In this document: positions 1 through 8,579 of the stretch, piece after piece
How the letters are laid out: every line of letters begins with the position of its first letter
Position numbering within the stretch: the first letter of the stretch is position 1
IMG/VR virus record: IMGVR_UViG_3300020123_000589
Coordinates: 64,001 to 128,000 of that record
DNA from: a virus
Reading direction: 5' to 3' (one strand)
Length of the DNA stretch: 64,000 bases
Notes under the pieces: model-generated
Told to the model about the DNA's origin: nothing
The model's database searches: none
Seen by the model: the letters and a program-made list of their open reading frames with translations, nothing else
Position numbers and translations under genes: made by a program

Positions 1-501
1 AGTCATTTTAAAGTAGATATGTATGAAAGTTATCTCAAACACGTAGAAGAGTTTGGTGAAAAGAACACAAGTTTTGAACGTATCGATCCCAACAATAATT
101 ATGAACCTTCTAATTGTAAATGGGCTACTTGGAATGAGCAAGCCAGAACTAAAAGAAGTTCTTCTAAAACAGCAGATCTTAATGTACACTTAAAAAAGAA
201 ACACGCATTACATCAAGTTTTACGTTATTTAGTTAATGGCAAAATCTTGGTATCAAAGTATGAAAAATATTTTGGGTGTTCTTTAGTCCAGCTTAAACAA
301 CATATAAAATCTCAATTTCTTCTTGGTATGACTTGGGATAATTATGGTAGAAATCCAGATCAGTGGCAAATTGATCACATTGTTGGCGTAAATAATTTTG
401 ATCTTTCTAGAGACATGGATGTATACAAATGCTTTAATTTTAAAAATCTTAGACCGTTGTGGTTGAAGGATCACAAAAAGAAATCAACTTTGCGGGTGTA
501 A
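1..501 (+). CDS. HNH-type endonuclease with two HNH-like motifs (5' end probably outside the window)
   Basis: Frame is open from base 1. Motifs ERIDPNNNYEPSNCKWAT and WQIDHIVG...CFNFKNLRPLW. Confidence 0.75.
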   Translation, partial: SHFKVDMYESYLKHVEEFGEKNTSFERIDPNNNYEPSNCKWATWNEQARTKRSSSKTADLNVHLKKKHALHQVLRYLVNGKILVSKYEKYFGCSLVQLKQHIKSQFLLGMTWDNYGRNPDQWQIDHIVGVNNFDLSRDMDVYKCFNFKNLRPLWLKDHKKKSTLRV

Positions 502-502
502 A

Positions 503-829
503 ATGGAAAATTGGATAAACAATCTATCGGAAAAACACAGCATTCACAAAATAGCCGTAGAGACTGAAGTAAGTTTACCCACCTTCGAAAGATTACTAAA
601 TGATGGATATACAATTGCTATTTGGAAGACAATTAATCCCATTCCTTGTATGCGTTGCCAAGATTTAGAAGCACAACAATTTAATTTTGCAGATTTTGTA
701 AACAGTACGACGCATGAGGCCCCGATTTTTTCCCATTCGCACCCAAATTGTCATTGTGTAGTAATTTGCAGTGGCGACGGACTTCCTACAGTCCAGATTG
801 ACTGGACTGGAAATATTTCAGAGGCTTAA
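503..829 (+). CDS. small head morphogenesis-like protein (Mu gpF/SPP1 gp7 C-terminal-like motif)
   Basis: CxxC followed by HSHPNCHC, resembling the HPNCRC motif; directly upstream of the protease. Confidence 0.5.
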   Translation: MENWINNLSEKHSIHKIAVETEVSLPTFERLLNDGYTIAIWKTINPIPCMRCQDLEAQQFNFADFVNSTTHEAPIFSHSHPNCHCVVICSGDGLPTVQIDWTGNISEA

Positions 830-832
830 TTT

Positions 833-3800
833 ATGGCACTATTTAAACGTGGGACTATTCTAAAGATTAATAAAACAGCCGCATCTGCCACAGAGCTTAT
901 TATTGATCGTCCTCTAACTGAAGAAACAAAAGTTGTTGAGGGTAAGAATCCTGAATTTTTATATTTTGTAGCAAAAGCCATTGCCGCTGGTGACGAAGGT
1001 CCATTGGGCAAGAATGGTTCTAGAGAGTATAATTATAACGGAAATGGCGATTATTTTCCTAAGAAAGAAATTGAAGGTGCTTACCAAACTTTTATAGGAA
1101 AGGGAATTTATCTCGACCACAATGCTTCAAGTGTTATGTATTCTGTTGGGAAGATTATTGATGCTTTTCCTACGGTAGATCCAGACAATAAAGAATGGAG
1201 CATTTCCTGTCTTGCTAAGATTGACAGAAAGCTTCATCCTGAAATTGCTCGTAAAGTTGAAACTGGTGAATTGAATACCGTTTCCATGGGTTGTTCTTGT
1301 GGAGAATCCAAATGTTCAGTTTGTGGAACAATCCTTCGAACGGACGATGACCCTAAGTGTGAACATCTATCTCCTGGCAAATTGATGCACGAGTTTCAAG
1401 CAGAAATTGATATTCCAGAGTATGGAATTAATAAGGGCCAAACAGTAAAAAGTTTTGCAATTAATTCACAAATCAACTTCAATGAGTTGAGTTTGGTTGG
1501 TGTACCTGCATGGCCCCGCGCATTTGTTACCACAATTTTAAGTAACTTAAAGGCTAATATCAGTAAGAAAGCTTCTTTAACCAAAGAAGAACAACTTGAT
1601 TTAGTAGCGCAGTTTGAAAAGCTTGTAGACACTTTAGATTCTACTACAAAAGAACAGGTCAAAGCCGAATTTTGCGGTTGCCCAATTGTCAAGGAGAATA
1701 ACATGTCCGATACCCCCCAGAAACAATCGAACGATGAAGTAACAGATTTATTGAAGAAAGTGAGTGCTTATGAGATGGAGAAGCTTGAGAATTATATCCA
1801 ACATAAGACTCGCAAAGCAGAGGCAACCGCTGCCGCTGATACAAAGACCAATGATTCCAATTGGATGAATGGTATACTTGAGAAAGCAAAAAATACGGCT
1901 GCTGGTAAAGTATTTGCAAGAACGATTCAGCGATTGGCTGAGGAAGAAAAGAAGCCAGAGTTTGTATATGAGAAGGAAGCTACGTCCGAAACTACTCTTA
2001 AACCAGTTAAGAAATCTTCTCTCACAGCCATGTTTACAGTAAATAAAGAAGAACCAATGAAATCTTCTTGGGCTCTTTTAGACGGTAGTGATAAAGTTAT
2101 TTTAGATGCTTCACTCAATGAGATTTGGGGAGATCAGTTTGAAGCTAATCAAGATTTTGCAGTTAGTGAGGAATATGGTAGAGCAATTGCCGCACGATTT
2201 TTGGACCCTAAACTTGGTGGCGTTGAGAAACTTGCCGACCTTTGGGATGTTTCATATAAATTAAATAAAGAGGCTGACATGAATAAATCATCCGAACACG
2301 GCGAATTTTTCAAAGCTAAAGATTTCTTTGTACCTGGAAGTGATTCTTCTAATAAATACACTCCAGAGGAGATTAAACATATGCAAGAAAAAGAACACAC
2401 AGAAGCCAAAGGCAAAAAGGTTGAAGCTGGGCATATAGATGAAAAATTTGATATTACGGAAGGTAAGGGAAAGCTCTTTGATGCAAAGAATTTTTTTGAA
2501 CCTGGGTCAGATTCCTCAAATAAATGGAATGATAAACGAGTGAAGATTGAATACTCAATTAGCAAACCTGCTGGTGAGTTTTTCAAACCAGGCTCTGATT
2601 CCTCAAATAATTATAAAGCCACGGATGTAAAAATGGAATACAACATTCCAGGTAAAGCACCAGAAGCAGGTCAGAAAGGCCCAGCAGCCCCTAAACATGA
2701 AGATATTAAAACTACGTATGATTTTAAGAAACCTGAAGGGGAATTCGTTAATACAAATAAGAAAACCAAGCTTGACGAAGAACATGCCAAATCCGAAGAA
2801 AAAATTAAAACAGGATACAAAGGCGATTTGATGTACGATGAAGAGAAAAAGCTGGACGAAAAGGGTGGAAAGAAAGAATCAGCCCTTAAATCAGCTGCTA
2901 AGACTGTAGGTGATTCTCCTGAAAGTTCCGTAAAGGGCGATATCTATCCAGAAAAGAGTCCAAAGACTTCTGGAGATGAACCAGAGTCTTCTTATAATAA
3001 AACAGCCAAAACCGTTGGTGATGCTCCAGAAGGTTCTGTTGAAGAAAGTCAGTATCCCAAAGCTTCTGAGCCTAATAAGGACCCAGAGACATCAGCAAAA
3101 GATATGGAATATAAGCACGAAAAGAACATGACAAAAACTCCTGATTCTTCAGTTCAAGAGAAAATGCCAGCACCCGCTAAATCAGATAAAGATCCTGAGA
3201 CATCTGTAAAAGATACAAAATTTGAAAAACATCCTGATTTAACTAGTAAGCCTGAAACTTCCTCAAAAGAAGATCAGTACCCTACACCAGCTAATCCAGA
3301 TAAAGAACCAGATTCTTCTGTTCAAAAGGGTTCCAATCTAAAAGTTGCTAAAACTCCTGCTGGCTGGGAACACGCAGTTCGTGAGCTTAAGAAAACCGAT
3401 GTTGATAATCCATGGGCAGTAGTTAATTGGATGAAAGATAAAGGATATACACCACATAAGAAATCAGAGCTAGATATGAAAGCTGATGCTGAAATGTGTG
3501 ATAAGTGTTCAATGCCTCTTCATGAATGCGCTTGCATGGCCGCTCAGGAAAATATGGCTCCATCAATGGATGCTCCTAAACCAGAAATGGGTTCTGCCTT
3601 CGATAAAGTTGAAGAGAAACTTACAATTGGCGATGGATATGATGCTTCTAAGGATAAAGAAACTAAAGAGATTATCATTTCTAAAGATGGTAAGGAAATG
3701 AAGCGTCTCCCAGATGGTTTCGGTTCTGATGTTGCTTCTGTTACAAGTCTTCTAAAAGCTGTTCTTGGTCTTCCAACAACAGAAGAGAAGAAAGATGAAA

Positions 3801-4387
3801 AACCAGGAGAAACACTTTCTCCAGTTGAAGAAACTGTTGAAAAAGTAGAAGTTCATCCCGAAATGTCTTCTCCCTCTGAAATGCCTTCTATGAAAGCTTC
3901 TGCTCTAGAAGTAGAATTAAATAAGAAAGCTGCTGAACTAAAAGCTAAGGAAGAAGAGATTATTAAGAAAGAAACGGCTATTCTTGCAAAAGAAGCTGAA
4001 ATTAAGGCTGATAAATTCCAAAAAGCCGTCGCTTCCCGCACAGATCGTTGCCGCAGAGTGATTGAAGCTATGCTTGATAAAAACGTCCTATCAATGGATG
4101 ATGCAGTATTGAAGGAAAAACTACAAGAAGGAACTTATCTTTTGGATGCACGTAAAGCTGCCCTTGATCACGCCATTAGTGCAAAGCTAAAAGAACTTAT
4201 GGCATCCAATGATGTTGAATTGGCTGCAATAGAGAAAACTGTAGATGGCATTAAGCTTCCTGAACAGGAAGTTTCTAAGAAAGCCAATCGTATTCCATTT
4301 GTTAAATGGGATGCAATTCCAACAGAAGATGATGAAATTAAAGGCATCTTTGATCAAATGGGAAAACGCAGTCACTGGAATCAATAA
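833..4387 (+). CDS. prohead (capsid maturation) protease fused to a long scaffold region
   Basis: N-terminal NGNGDYF...YLDHN...GKIIDA...VSMGC...FNELSLVGVPA motifs; charged, repetitive, coiled-coil C-terminus; upstream of capsid genes. Confidence 0.8.
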   Translation: MALFKRGTILKINKTAASATELIIDRPLTEETKVVEGKNPEFLYFVAKAIAAGDEGPLGKNGSREYNYNGNGDYFPKKEIEGAYQTFIGKGIYLDHNASSVMYSVGKIIDAFPTVDPDNKEWSISCLAKIDRKLHPEIARKVETGELNTVSMGCSCGESKCSVCGTILRTDDDPKCEHLSPGKLMHEFQAEIDIPEYGINKGQTVKSFAINSQINFNELSLVGVPAWPRAFVTTILSNLKANISKKASLTKEEQLDLVAQFEKLVDTLDSTTKEQVKAEFCGCPIVKENNMSDTPQKQSNDEVTDLLKKVSAYEMEKLENYIQHKTRKAEATAAADTKTNDSNWMNGILEKAKNTAAGKVFARTIQRLAEEEKKPEFVYEKEATSETTLKPVKKSSLTAMFTVNKEEPMKSSWALLDGSDKVILDASLNEIWGDQFEANQDFAVSEEYGRAIAARFLDPKLGGVEKLADLWDVSYKLNKEADMNKSSEHGEFFKAKDFFVPGSDSSNKYTPEEIKHMQEKEHTEAKGKKVEAGHIDEKFDITEGKGKLFDAKNFFEPGSDSSNKWNDKRVKIEYSISKPAGEFFKPGSDSSNNYKATDVKMEYNIPGKAPEAGQKGPAAPKHEDIKTTYDFKKPEGEFVNTNKKTKLDEEHAKSEEKIKTGYKGDLMYDEEKKLDEKGGKKESALKSAAKTVGDSPESSVKGDIYPEKSPKTSGDEPESSYNKTAKTVGDAPEGSVEESQYPKASEPNKDPETSAKDMEYKHEKNMTKTPDSSVQEKMPAPAKSDKDPETSVKDTKFEKHPDLTSKPETSSKEDQYPTPANPDKEPDSSVQKGSNLKVAKTPAGWEHAVRELKKTDVDNPWAVVNWMKDKGYTPHKKSELDMKADAEMCDKCSMPLHECACMAAQENMAPSMDAPKPEMGSAFDKVEEKLTIGDGYDASKDKETKEIIISKDGKEMKRLPDGFGSDVASVTSLLKAVLGLPTTEEKKDEKPGETLSPVEETVEKVEVHPEMSSPSEMPSMKASALEVELNKKAAELKAKEEEIIKKETAILAKEAEIKADKFQKAVASRTDRCRRVIEAMLDKNVLSMDDAVLKEKLQEGTYLLDARKAALDHAISAKLKELMASNDVELAAIEKTVDGIKLPEQEVSKKANRIPFVKWDAIPTEDDEIKGIFDQMGKRSHWNQ

Positions 4388-4593
4388 TTTAAGAAGTAAA
4401 ATTTAACACGGCCAATTCAGAGAAAGTTGGTGCGTTAATTTGCTGAGATTAAAAGACTAAAAGCAAAAGATTTCTCTGACATAAATGGGAAGCAATCCAA
4501 GTTGTGAGTTTTCCTTGAAAAGCATTCCTAGAAAAATAAAGATAAGATTAACCAAGTTAACTCATGTTGTTAATTTAAATAAGGAGTTACAAA

Positions 4594-5082
4594 ATGGCTA
4601 TTACTATATGGAAAGAAGTAAATCGTTCACCTGGAGCACCAGTTCTTTCGGGAACTATCTCTGGTGGAACAGTTCTAGCTTGGGACCCAGCGAATACACA
4701 GAAGGTTCTTCCTTTTGGTTCCGCTACATCCACATCTCAGCCTTACGGCTTGGCTTGTGAATCCAACGTAATTCCTCCACTACAACCCGCATCCGGCCTC
4801 GTTGCTGGCCAGGGTTTTGACTACACCAACTTCAACCGCGATGGTTTGATGGGTGCATTCATTAACGGTGGAGAATTCCAGTTGTATGATGATGGTCTAG
4901 GCGCAGGAGCCCCTTACGAAGCAGGAACATATACCGTTGGTCAGCTAGTTTATGCCGATATTACTGCCACTACCGCAGCTAATATTACAGCAACAGCTGG
5001 TTCTAACGTTGCAATTGGTTCTGTTACATATGTGGATCAGAGCGTTAACCCAACACAGCTAAGAATTAAATTGTCTATCTAA
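4594..5082 (+). CDS. capsid decoration/cement protein
   Basis: 162 aa, Gly/Ala/Thr-rich, between scaffold and capsid gene; strong RBS AAGGAG. Confidence 0.65.
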   Translation: MAITIWKEVNRSPGAPVLSGTISGGTVLAWDPANTQKVLPFGSATSTSQPYGLACESNVIPPLQPASGLVAGQGFDYTNFNRDGLMGAFINGGEFQLYDDGLGAGAPYEAGTYTVGQLVYADITATTAANITATAGSNVAIGSVTYVDQSVNPTQLRIKLSI

Positions 5083-5152
5083 TTAATAGATAAAAAGCTT
5101 TAAACAAGATTGACCGCGAGGTTGACTTGTATATTTTTCAAGGAGAATTATT

Positions 5153-6121
5153 ATGTCAGAACAAGTTACCAAAACCGCTTCTCCTGATGACATTTATGCC
5201 GCAGGGCTTAGTGCCGCTCAGGTTGAAGAAAAGCTAACTCGTTTGATGAACAGCCCAGGCGGATTGCAGAAGATTGCTCAGCAAATGTTGAGCCCTCTAA
5301 AGCGCGAACTTCTATATGAAGGTCGTATTCGCCAGTTGTTCCAGACGTACAAACTCGCTCTAGGCGAGGAAGCCGTGTTTGACGCAGACTTAGACGTTCC
5401 AGCAGCATCCATTTCCGTTCATGGTTTGCCACAGGAACTACAGGTCGAAGCAGATCGTATCCGCGTCGAAACTGGCCCCCTAGCAACCCGTCCCTTGATC
5501 CGATGGAACGAATCCAACTTCCGAAAGTACGATGTTCTTAATCGTACCCAAGAACGCGCAAAAGCTTCCATTATGCTTCAAGAAGACACAAAAGGTTTTC
5601 AGCTCATTGACTTTGCTGCTGGTCTAACAAATCAGACCCCAGTAAATTCACTATTTGGAACCTCTGCTGCAACCAATAACCCAACCGTGCTACCTGCGAC
5701 TGGTAAATTGGACATGCAGACACTAGTAACAGGTATCGTTACACTACGTTCAAAGTTGCTCGTAGCTTCAAAGATTTATTTGAACCCACTACGAACCGCT
5801 GATCTCATGCTCTTCAACACAACCACATCAGGAACAGGCGGAGCCGGAATTTTCGCTCCTAACTTCCAGGATATGGCATTGAAAGCAGGTCGCGTAGGTG
5901 GAATCTGGGGCGTTGATGTCCTAGAGTCCGTCGTTGTTCCTACAGCTAACACATACGTTCTAGCTCCTGCGGATTATCTTGGCGTTCTCGCCGTTCGTAC
6001 TGATATTTCCGTCGAGACAATGAAAGATGTTAACCAGATGGCCGACATTTTCGCAATCTGGGAAGATATCGGCTTCCTCATTCGCTACGCTAAATCGATA
6101 GTAAAAATCGTAGTTTCTTAA
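5153..6121 (+). CDS. major capsid protein (HK97 fold); unspliced reading. Exon 1 is 5153-6091
   Basis: 322 aa, strong RBS, codon bias typical of high expression, GRVGGIWGVDVLES and terminal WEDIGFLIR motifs, position in head module. Confidence 0.85.
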   Translation: MSEQVTKTASPDDIYAAGLSAAQVEEKLTRLMNSPGGLQKIAQQMLSPLKRELLYEGRIRQLFQTYKLALGEEAVFDADLDVPAASISVHGLPQELQVEADRIRVETGPLATRPLIRWNESNFRKYDVLNRTQERAKASIMLQEDTKGFQLIDFAAGLTNQTPVNSLFGTSAATNNPTVLPATGKLDMQTLVTGIVTLRSKLLVASKIYLNPLRTADLMLFNTTTSGTGGAGIFAPNFQDMALKAGRVGGIWGVDVLESVVVPTANTYVLAPADYLGVLAVRTDISVETMKDVNQMADIFAIWEDIGFLIRYAKSIVKIVVS

Positions 6122-6333
6122 GTCCCTTGGCGTAGTAAAATTGGGCCGTATCGGTGAAACTCTTACCAAGTAATGTTGGAGACAATACCGAGGAAAGACT
6201 TGAAAAATTTCAAGTATCCGTAGAGACTAAACGCCCGACTCCGAAAGGATGAAGTTATAGTCCGACCTTCACAGAAATGTGAAGAGGTTTCCAGAAATGT
6301 GAAATCCATCTCGAAAGAGAAAGTAACAAATCG
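6092..6333 (+). mobile_element. group I self-splicing intron without endonuclease ORF, in the major capsid gene
   Basis: Exon CUACGCU pairs with IGS GGCGUAG (6129-6135) ending in a U.G wobble. CCCUU pairs with exon 2 AAGGG (P10). R element GUAGAGACUA and S element AAGUUAUAGUCC form P7. Terminal G at 6333. Confidence 0.9.
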
Positions 6334-6363
6334 AAGGGCATTGTTAAAATTGTCGTTAGCTAA
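6334..6363 (+). CDS. major capsid protein exon 2 (KGIVKIVVS*)
   Basis: In frame after joining 6091 to 6334: AAG GGC ATT GTT AAA ATT GTC GTT AGC TAA. Confidence 0.88.
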   Translation, partial: KGIVKIVVS

Positions 6364-6395
6364 GAATTAGGCGTATTATAGATGTGAATCTACTG

Positions 6396-6417
6396 GAGGG
6401 GTCAGTAATGACCCCTC
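6396..6417 (+). terminator. hairpin after capsid exon 2 (terminator or stabiliser)
   Basis: GAGGGGTCA-GTAA-TGACCCCTC; weak U-tract. Confidence 0.6.
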
Positions 6418-6446
6418 TTGATAGACTCATAAAAGTATGTTATAAT
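6418..6446 (+). promoter_or_regulatory. sigma70-type promoter, probably leaderless transcript
   Basis: TTGATA-17 bp-TATAAT with extended TG; ATG 6 nt downstream. Confidence 0.7.
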
Positions 6447-6452
6447 TAATAT

Positions 6453-7232
6453 ATGAAGCGAAAATGCTTAGGTTGTTCAATTGAGTTTGAAGTTACCTCC
6501 AAACAATTAGATAAAAGATTTTGTACTCAAAGATGTTGGGGTAAGTATCAAACTGAACATAAATTAAATATGAAGGCTGAATTACGAAATCGCCCAACGG
6601 TAGATGAAGTAAAGAAAGCTTTTTCAGAGCAAAGAATAAAATTGGTACAATCTTTAACTTTCGTTGATTTTGCTTTATCTGGTGTTTATATTATCATTAA
6701 TATTGTTAACAATATGATTTACATAGGTTCTTCCAAAGATATTGAAGCTCGATGGAGAGAACATGTGCATAAATTTTATGGAAATAGACACGAAAATGAT
6801 AAATTGCAGAAAGCTTGGAACAAATATGGGGAAAAGGCTTTCCAATTTAAAATTTTAGAAGTTGTTCAAGAGAAAAACCTTGTAGTCCGAGAACAATATT
6901 ATTTAGATTTGTATAAACCTTACGAAAGACATATCGGCTACAATTTATATAAAACAGCTTTTAGTCCTTTAGGAAATGTTTGGACGGAAGAACAGAAAGC
7001 AAATTTAAGAGTCGTTCGACATAATCAAAAACCTAGAAAATTATATTGTAAATGGTGCAAAACGGTTTTTATTGTAAAAGGCCAAAACGCTAAATTTTGT
7101 TCACATAAATGTCGAGACAAAGCCAGATGGCAGAAAGATAAAGCTAAAAACCATTCAGGAAAACGTAAGACATTAAAAGAACTATTTGATTCTTTAACTG
7201 ATGGTGAATTAGCAACAATTTTGGAAGACTAA
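6453..7232 (+). CDS. free-standing GIY-YIG endonuclease with flanking Zn-binding motifs
   Basis: SGVYIIIN...IYIGSS...RWREH...REQYY; CxxC...FCxxxC motifs at both ends. Confidence 0.88.
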   Translation: MKRKCLGCSIEFEVTSKQLDKRFCTQRCWGKYQTEHKLNMKAELRNRPTVDEVKKAFSEQRIKLVQSLTFVDFALSGVYIIINIVNNMIYIGSSKDIEARWREHVHKFYGNRHENDKLQKAWNKYGEKAFQFKILEVVQEKNLVVREQYYLDLYKPYERHIGYNLYKTAFSPLGNVWTEEQKANLRVVRHNQKPRKLYCKWCKTVFIVKGQNAKFCSHKCRDKARWQKDKAKNHSGKRKTLKELFDSLTDGELATILED

Positions 7233-7243
7233 GTTTCTTTTGT

Positions 7244-7315
7244 GGGCTTGTAACTCAGCGGGAGAGTGCTTGCTTTGCAAGCAAGAGGTCGCAGGTTCAA
7301 ATCCTGTCAGGTCCA
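7244..7315 (+). tRNA. tRNA-Ala(UGC)
   Basis: Canonical cloverleaf, G3.U70 pair, anticodon loop TTTGCAA; CCA not encoded. Confidence 0.95.
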
Positions 7316-7327
7316 CTGAAGAAATTT

Positions 7328-7627
7328 ATGGATAACTTAAATCTGTCTATAACTATTGGTTCCTTTGTTCGACTTAAAGGCGAAAATATTCGTTACTTGG
7401 TTTTGAAAGTTAATGAACATCATGGTGTAAATCTTCTTCGTACTTATAATAGAAATCCAAAGAAATGGTATGTAAGGTTTGCACAACTAGAAGAAGTTAT
7501 TCCAGTAGAAGTTCCAAAAGTACGAATTGGTATTTTTAAAGAAGCTTTTCAGAACTTTTTTGAAAAACACGGTAATTTTTGGTTTGATAATTTAACTTAT
7601 ATTGAGATATTAGGTAAGCTGATTTAA
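7328..7627 (+). CDS. hypothetical protein with C-terminal DNL motif
   Basis: 99-aa ORF ending FDNLTYIEILGKLI. Confidence 0.65.
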   Translation: MDNLNLSITIGSFVRLKGENIRYLVLKVNEHHGVNLLRTYNRNPKKWYVRFAQLEEVIPVEVPKVRIGIFKEAFQNFFEKHGNFWFDNLTYIEILGKLI

Positions 7628-7629
7628 TT

Positions 7630-8450
7630 TACTCCCCCATAGGTTTCGACCGTGGGCGCAGGGTTTCTGAATTGGGCTCGTTCCCAATAGTAGGAGCAAC
7701 TCTTGCATTGGGGCTCTGAAATATTTCATCCCCTAACAATTTTAATAATACATCGAGGGACAACAAGATTGCATTGAGGCCAGATTATTTGATACATGGA
7801 AAATGGGTCATGCCATTGGAAGTGACGGTTCAACCTCTCTTAGCCTTTACGGGCTGACCTCTGATCCTCTTGGAATGGGCGTAAACCCGAAACCCCAAGA
7901 AGGATGATTTCGCACCGAGAGGTTTTGGTAAACCTAGTTGTCTCATAAGCAACTGATTTGTGGTTCGATTCCACACGGCGCAACCATATAAAGTGAGAAC
8001 GATAAGCGTTCTAGTAGGGAAAGCGGCCTATGCATGGGCAACTTAAATATGCTACCCTCTTCATCTAGACTGCTCACTTTTATTAATATGCAACCCGTAG
8101 CTTTTTAGCTACGCCGCAAGGATAGAGCTTAAGCTCAGTCATATCCTGCATTTTAGCCAGTTAGTCCTGCAATGTGGGGCCGATGTTCGAAGGAAGATTA
8201 GCTTGAGCATATCTAAAGGTCAAAAGCTTTTAGAAATATGTCCTGTTGTAGGCATGGCACAATTTTGAGATGATCCCGAAAGTAATTAGGGATATGGTTT
8301 ATAACGACCCAAACGTGCGTTTAGTTGGGTGAGAAGGTGGCATCTGGAACAATTGACCAGACTAAACTTCTGTAGCGTGGTTAAGGCCGACTTAACCCCA
8401 TTTGGAGCATAGCACTGCTTAAAGGAAATATTCCGCCAACTCTCAATTCA
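7630..8450 (+). ncRNA. island of putative structured non-coding RNAs around tRNA-Met
   Basis: No long ORF, elevated GC, several multi-hairpin units closed by terminal stems and separated by AT-rich linkers. Confidence 0.55.
7911..7986 (+). tRNA. tRNA with CAU anticodon (Met; initiator-like C1:A72 mismatch)
   Basis: Anticodon loop CTCATAA, T arm TGTGG-TTCGATT-CCACA, 3' ACCA encoded. Confidence 0.88.
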
Positions 8451-8453
8451 ATT

Positions 8454-8530
8454 TTGCCTAAAGCTTTGCACCTGATGAAGCCCCTCATTTTAAGAGGGAA
8501 GAATCGAGAAGGGATACCTCGATAGGCAAT
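8454..8530 (+). tRNA. degenerate tRNA-Lys(UUU)-like element
   Basis: Acceptor TTGCCTA/TAGGCAA, D stem GCTT/AAGC, anticodon arm CCCTC-ATTTTAA-GAGGG, T stem TCGAG/CTCGA with non-canonical loop. Confidence 0.55.
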
Positions 8531-8579
8531 TAATTTTACCTTCCTGTCAAAATTCTTTAAATAATCAAAAAAAAGCCTA

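Noticed and set aside
4485-4760. ORF-track call overlapping the decoration gene
   Set aside because: Out-of-frame overlap with a gene that has a strong RBS.
7630-7660. tmRNA 5' end (GGTTTCGAC)
   Set aside because: No GGGG 5' acceptor strand or matching 3' T arm and CCA; the motif is a UUCG hairpin.
8350-8370. HEARO/omega RNA-like TTGACCAGACTAA
   Set aside because: Short match only, with no adjacent IscB/IsrB-like ORF; kept within the unassigned RNA island.
8472-8505. Hammerhead ribozyme (CTGATGA core)
   Set aside because: No GAAA after the stem and no stem I/III context; a tRNA-like fold explains the region better.
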